Shown here: one piece after another, positions 36,232 through 39,324 of the stretch
Numbering within the stretch: position 1 is the first letter of the stretch
How the letters are laid out: every line of letters starts with the position of its first letter
IMG/VR virus record: IMGVR_UViG_2703718821_000011
Direction: 5' to 3' (one strand)
From: a virus
Taxonomy: Duplodnaviria; Heunggongvirae; Uroviricota; Caudoviricetes
DNA: 39,324 nucleotides
Notes under the pieces: generated by a model
The model's input: the letters and a program-made list of their open reading frames with translations, nothing else
Databases searched by the model: none
Told to the model about the DNA's origin: nothing
Made by a program: the position numbers and the translations under genes

Positions 36232-38322
36232 TCAGGCCAGCGGGTCATTTTCTTTTAATTTCGCTTCCAGCAACTGCAATCCCCGCTGGAAATTACGCTC
36301 GTATTCTTCATCAGGTTCATCGTCAGCGACCGGTTGCTGAACGATCACCGCATTACCCACAGGGCGATAGATGTTTTCCAGCCATGGCTCCTGCTGCTTG
36401 TGCTCCAGCACGTTGACCACCTCATCCTCGGCATCACGGATTTTTTCCTCTGCGCGTTTACGCATGCCTTTAAGGCGTTGCTGCTGTTTGTAGTATTCCG
36501 CGCTGACCGGGAAGGCTTCGCGTTTATTGCCGCCCCATACCGCCTCGCAAATCACGCTGCCATCCAGGCGACGTACGGTAATTCGTTCGGCATCATGAAT
36601 GTCATAGCTGATAAGCACCTTGCGGCCATGCTCATCACGCAGCTCGGGAGCGTAGTAAATATTATTCAGCCAGCGTATTTCACAGCGTCTTACAGGGCGT
36701 TCCACCATCGGCCGGAACATATCCCGCAGCTCAACATCGGACAGCCATTCAATTTCCGTGTCCTCTTCCGCCAGGCGTTTTTTTCTGAACTCCGCCGGGC
36801 TGTAATGCTTGCCGTTCGGTTTTATGGGTAATTCATCGTGCGGCCGGTTGTTGTACCACTCAACACCATCACGAATGGCATCAATCAGTTCAGCCCAGGA
36901 CGGTAAATCACGCATCGCTGACTGCTGCCGGGCGTTCAGCCGTTTGCCCTGTTGCAGGGCACTGAATGCCGAGCGTAAATCGCGGTTGGTTTTACGTAAC
37001 GTCTCGCGATCTGCACCTTTCCCGAAATAGGTGCGGTATTTACGGGCTATGCGCATCGGTAATGTGCGGTTAAGCCGTTCGATAATGCCCCGTCCCTGCG
37101 GGTTACCGGCAATCCCTGTCGGGTGATTAATCCCCAGTCGCGGCAGAATCCCCACAACTTCCTTATCCAGGATGTCGGCGGTTTCCCCGGAACCGTTATC
37201 CGAGTAATACAGAAACGGTTTGCCGTGATTACGAATACCGTGCTGTATGGCACCGGCTACGGCGAAAACATTTTCAGCCAGGTCAAGGCTCCAGCCCACC
37301 ACAAAGCGCGTGCCACCGTCGATAACAAAGGTCACTTCCGGTGCAAATGGCCGCCCGTGAACCGGGTGCCTGCATTTCAGCTTCATGCCGTGACCGTCAC
37401 CAATCCAGACATAATTCACCGGCATTTTTGACCAGTCGCGGCGCGTGAATCCCTCAAGCTGGCGATATTCACTGCCGGTCACCCGGCCTTTTTGTTTCAC
37501 CACTTCCGGCAGTTTCTTCATTGCGCGGCGAATGGTGTCATAAGACGGCATGATATCGAGCATATAAGGCTCATCAGCGTGCCGGTGCTGCCATTCAGCG
37601 ACAAAATCCTCGTAGGCCTCGGTCATTGGTCGGCCGTTTGACTGGCGATACTGCGCCAGAAATTCGGGCAGCCAGTTAATATCTTCGGCTTTTATTTCCT
37701 GGCGCTTACCCGGTGCCAGCAAAAGCAGGCGTTCGGCGGCGTTCTGCGCCTTGTTAAAGGCTGCAATCCAGCGTTTCAGCGTGATTTCACTCAACGCACG
37801 GCTGTTTCCCTTTTTGGCGTTCGCCGTCTCAACCATTGCCACAATGCGCTCGTCCAGCTGCGAACGTGCCAGGTTGTCAACGATAAACCGGATAGCTTTC
37901 GCACAGCTGAAACCGGGTTGTTGCGCGACTTTCATCACTTCGCTGACGATCGCGATTCGTGCATCAGCCACCTGGCGCTGGTTTTCAGTCAGGGCATTAA
38001 GGCGTTCAACCATCAGTTGTGGTGATCCGCGATATGCCTCCACCGCATCAACCACGGCAGGCGAGCGTCTGGCCTTTGTCACCACCGGAGCCGGTGATTC
38101 ATCGGCTTTTTGCGTCATCAGTTGCAGGGCGTAGCGTTCACGTAATGCCTGCTGCGTCACTTCAGGTAAACAGTCGATACTGTATTCAGTTGCTTTAGAG
38201 CCTGAGCGACGACGGGAACAACAGCTTTTCCCTTGTACGTAACGTTGTAATGCCTGGCGAATACCTTTTGTTGTAGCAGGCATTCCGGGCGCGCCAATCA
38301 GTTCTTTTGCAATGACATACAT
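36232..38322 (-). CDS. A: MuA-family DDE transposase
   Basis: 696 aa; candidate DDE residues in WIGDGH, YYSDNGSGE and GRGIIER contexts; sits between ner and B. Confidence 0.8.
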   Translation of the reverse strand: MYVIAKELIGAPGMPATTKGIRQALQRYVQGKSCCSRRRSGSKATEYSIDCLPEVTQQALRERYALQLMTQKADESPAPVVTKARRSPAVVDAVEAYRGSPQLMVERLNALTENQRQVADARIAIVSEVMKVAQQPGFSCAKAIRFIVDNLARSQLDERIVAMVETANAKKGNSRALSEITLKRWIAAFNKAQNAAERLLLLAPGKRQEIKAEDINWLPEFLAQYRQSNGRPMTEAYEDFVAEWQHRHADEPYMLDIMPSYDTIRRAMKKLPEVVKQKGRVTGSEYRQLEGFTRRDWSKMPVNYVWIGDGHGMKLKCRHPVHGRPFAPEVTFVIDGGTRFVVGWSLDLAENVFAVAGAIQHGIRNHGKPFLYYSDNGSGETADILDKEVVGILPRLGINHPTGIAGNPQGRGIIERLNRTLPMRIARKYRTYFGKGADRETLRKTNRDLRSAFSALQQGKRLNARQQSAMRDLPSWAELIDAIRDGVEWYNNRPHDELPIKPNGKHYSPAEFRKKRLAEEDTEIEWLSDVELRDMFRPMVERPVRRCEIRWLNNIYYAPELRDEHGRKVLISYDIHDAERITVRRLDGSVICEAVWGGNKREAFPVSAEYYKQQQRLKGMRKRAEEKIRDAEDEVVNVLEHKQQEPWLENIYRPVGNAVIVQQPVADDEPDEEYERNFQRGLQLLEAKLKENDPLA

Positions 38323-38323
38323 A

Positions 38324-38572
38324 TCATGACGCCTTTCTCATATAGCTCTTAACCTGGTATCGACTGGGCCAGATTTCTTCAGGCGATACCCCAAGAGCAT
38401 CAGCAATTATTTGCTGATACGGTCGGCAAGGAGTACGTAATACGCTTTTCAGCGAATCCCTGCTGTAACCAGCCTTTAAAGATAAAGAGCGCAGTGATAA
38501 GCCAGCCATGTGTAAGCGCGCCTTGATGATTTCAGGCGGCCAATCGTGATCTGAAACTTCTCTTCTACTCAT
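38324..38572 (-). CDS. ner: Ner-like DNA-binding regulator (Ner/Nlp family)
   Basis: ...QQIIADALGVSPEEIWPSRYQ matches the Mu Ner C-terminal motif (EQIIANALETKPEVIWPSRYQ); GAGGAAG RBS upstream. Confidence 0.8.
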   Translation of the reverse strand: MSRREVSDHDWPPEIIKARLHMAGLSLRSLSLKAGYSRDSLKSVLRTPCRPYQQIIADALGVSPEEIWPSRYQVKSYMRKAS

Positions 38573-38739
38573 ACTTCCTCTATTCTAAAAAGTTACCCGC
38601 GCGGATATTCGTGCGGATATCTGTACGGGTAAATAATAGAACAAACAAAAGAACCAGATCAAGGTATTTTGTTCTTTTTATTCTTTGTAGTGTTTTTGTT
38701 ATTAATATCAATAAGATAAATACAAAGGAACCTGAGAGC
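38573..38739. promoter_or_regulatory. Divergent early/repressor promoter-operator region between ner and c
   Basis: TTACCCG...CGGGTAA inverted repeat (~38593-38632) enclosing two GCGGATAT direct repeats; second inverted repeat AAAAGAAC...GTTCTTTT (~38648-38678); AT-rich. Confidence 0.5.
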
Positions 38740-39324
38740 ATGAACATGAAAAACAGTTCTTTTCTCGACGAAGGAAAAGAACCAGTGATCGAACGGATTT
38801 TTCGTCTTGCAGAGCGTTACAAATCGAGAAGTGAGGCGGCTAGAGCATGGGGAATAAACGTTCAGACATTGCAGAACTACTACAAAAGGAGAAACAATCA
38901 GCCGCCACCACAACCAAGAAAGCACCATCTCCAGAACATTGCAGAAAGAGAACATGTATCTATGGAGTGGCTAGTCCATGGTTATGGTGATGAGCCAAGC
39001 ATGAAAAAAGAACCAATTGAACAAGCAAAAAGAACAAAAAAACAAAGAATTGATGATAGTGATTCCATCATCATGAGGGCGTGGGACTCGCTAACTTCAT
39101 CTGAACAAGAGATTTTGTCCAACTTATTGATCAGAAAAGGGGCCGAACTACTAACCGTTTTGCTTGATACAGATATTCAAAAACTGCACTCATTGAGCGG
39201 AGTCAAAAGAGCACTAGCATTGAGTCTACAAGAGTTACCCGATGATACTGTAAGAGAGATTTATGAAGAATGTGAAGCTAAGGTTAATCATTTAAATGTA
39301 ACCCAGAAAAAGGCTAGTGCGTAA
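38740..39324 (+). CDS. c: Mu c-type lysogeny repressor
   Basis: Divergent from ner; C-terminal ...LLIRKGAELLTVLL...QKLHSLSGV...LPDDTVREIY resembles the Mu repressor C-terminal region; AAGGA RBS before the ATG at 38740. Stop codon is the last triplet of the window. Confidence 0.65.
   Translation: MNMKNSSFLDEGKEPVIERIFRLAERYKSRSEAARAWGINVQTLQNYYKRRNNQPPPQPRKHHLQNIAEREHVSMEWLVHGYGDEPSMKKEPIEQAKRTKKQRIDDSDSIIMRAWDSLTSSEQEILSNLLIRKGAELLTVLLDTDIQKLHSLSGVKRALALSLQELPDDTVREIYEECEAKVNHLNVTQKKASA

Larger units (their letters stand above)
306..39324 (-). mobile_element. Mu-like transposable prophage, nearly complete; repressor-proximal (left) end lies beyond the right edge of the window
   Basis: Full Mu gene order in reverse: mom, com, gin, S, baseplate, tape measure, sheath/tube, capsid, protease, portal, terminase, lysis, Mor/C, gemA, gam, B, A, ner, c. 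Recognisable Com, Gam, Ner, DDE transposase, Gin and Mu head/tail proteins. Confidence 0.85.

Noticed and set aside
1-39324. CRISPR arrays, tRNA or rRNA genes
   Set aside because: No regularly spaced direct repeats with unique spacers and no cloverleaf-like or rRNA-like conserved segments seen; the only tandem repeat is the coding hexanucleotide repeat at 18201-18233.

Overview
The window is almost entirely one Mu-like transposable prophage (about 39 kb here, contractile-tail type), lying in inverted orientation relative to the conventional Mu map, so nearly all genes are on the minus strand. The left 305 bp is the 3' end of a host astC-like aminotransferase gene that the prophage interrupts, which points to an Enterobacterales host. 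From left to right the prophage runs: right-end repeats, mom and com with a GATC-rich control region, a 3.3-kb cargo block, gin and a small gix-flanked invertible tail-fibre segment, the tail, head and packaging modules, the lysis cassette, a Mor/C-family activator, gemA, an expanded early region, gam, small early genes, B, A, ner and the divergent repressor c. The window stops at the c stop codon, so the left prophage end is not included. Calls rest on Mu gene order plus motifs I recognise directly in the ORF translations; no database search was run. The most interesting locus is the cargo block between gin and com-mom, where Mu has no genes: a 669-aa SASA/SGNH-type esterase with extra beta-rich domains plus two small ORFs. 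Other points of interest are the minimal invertible segment with only one tail-fibre assembly gene, about five extra lower-GC early ORFs upstream of gemA, and an in-frame hexanucleotide repeat in a head gene. No CRISPR array, tRNA or rRNA was seen.
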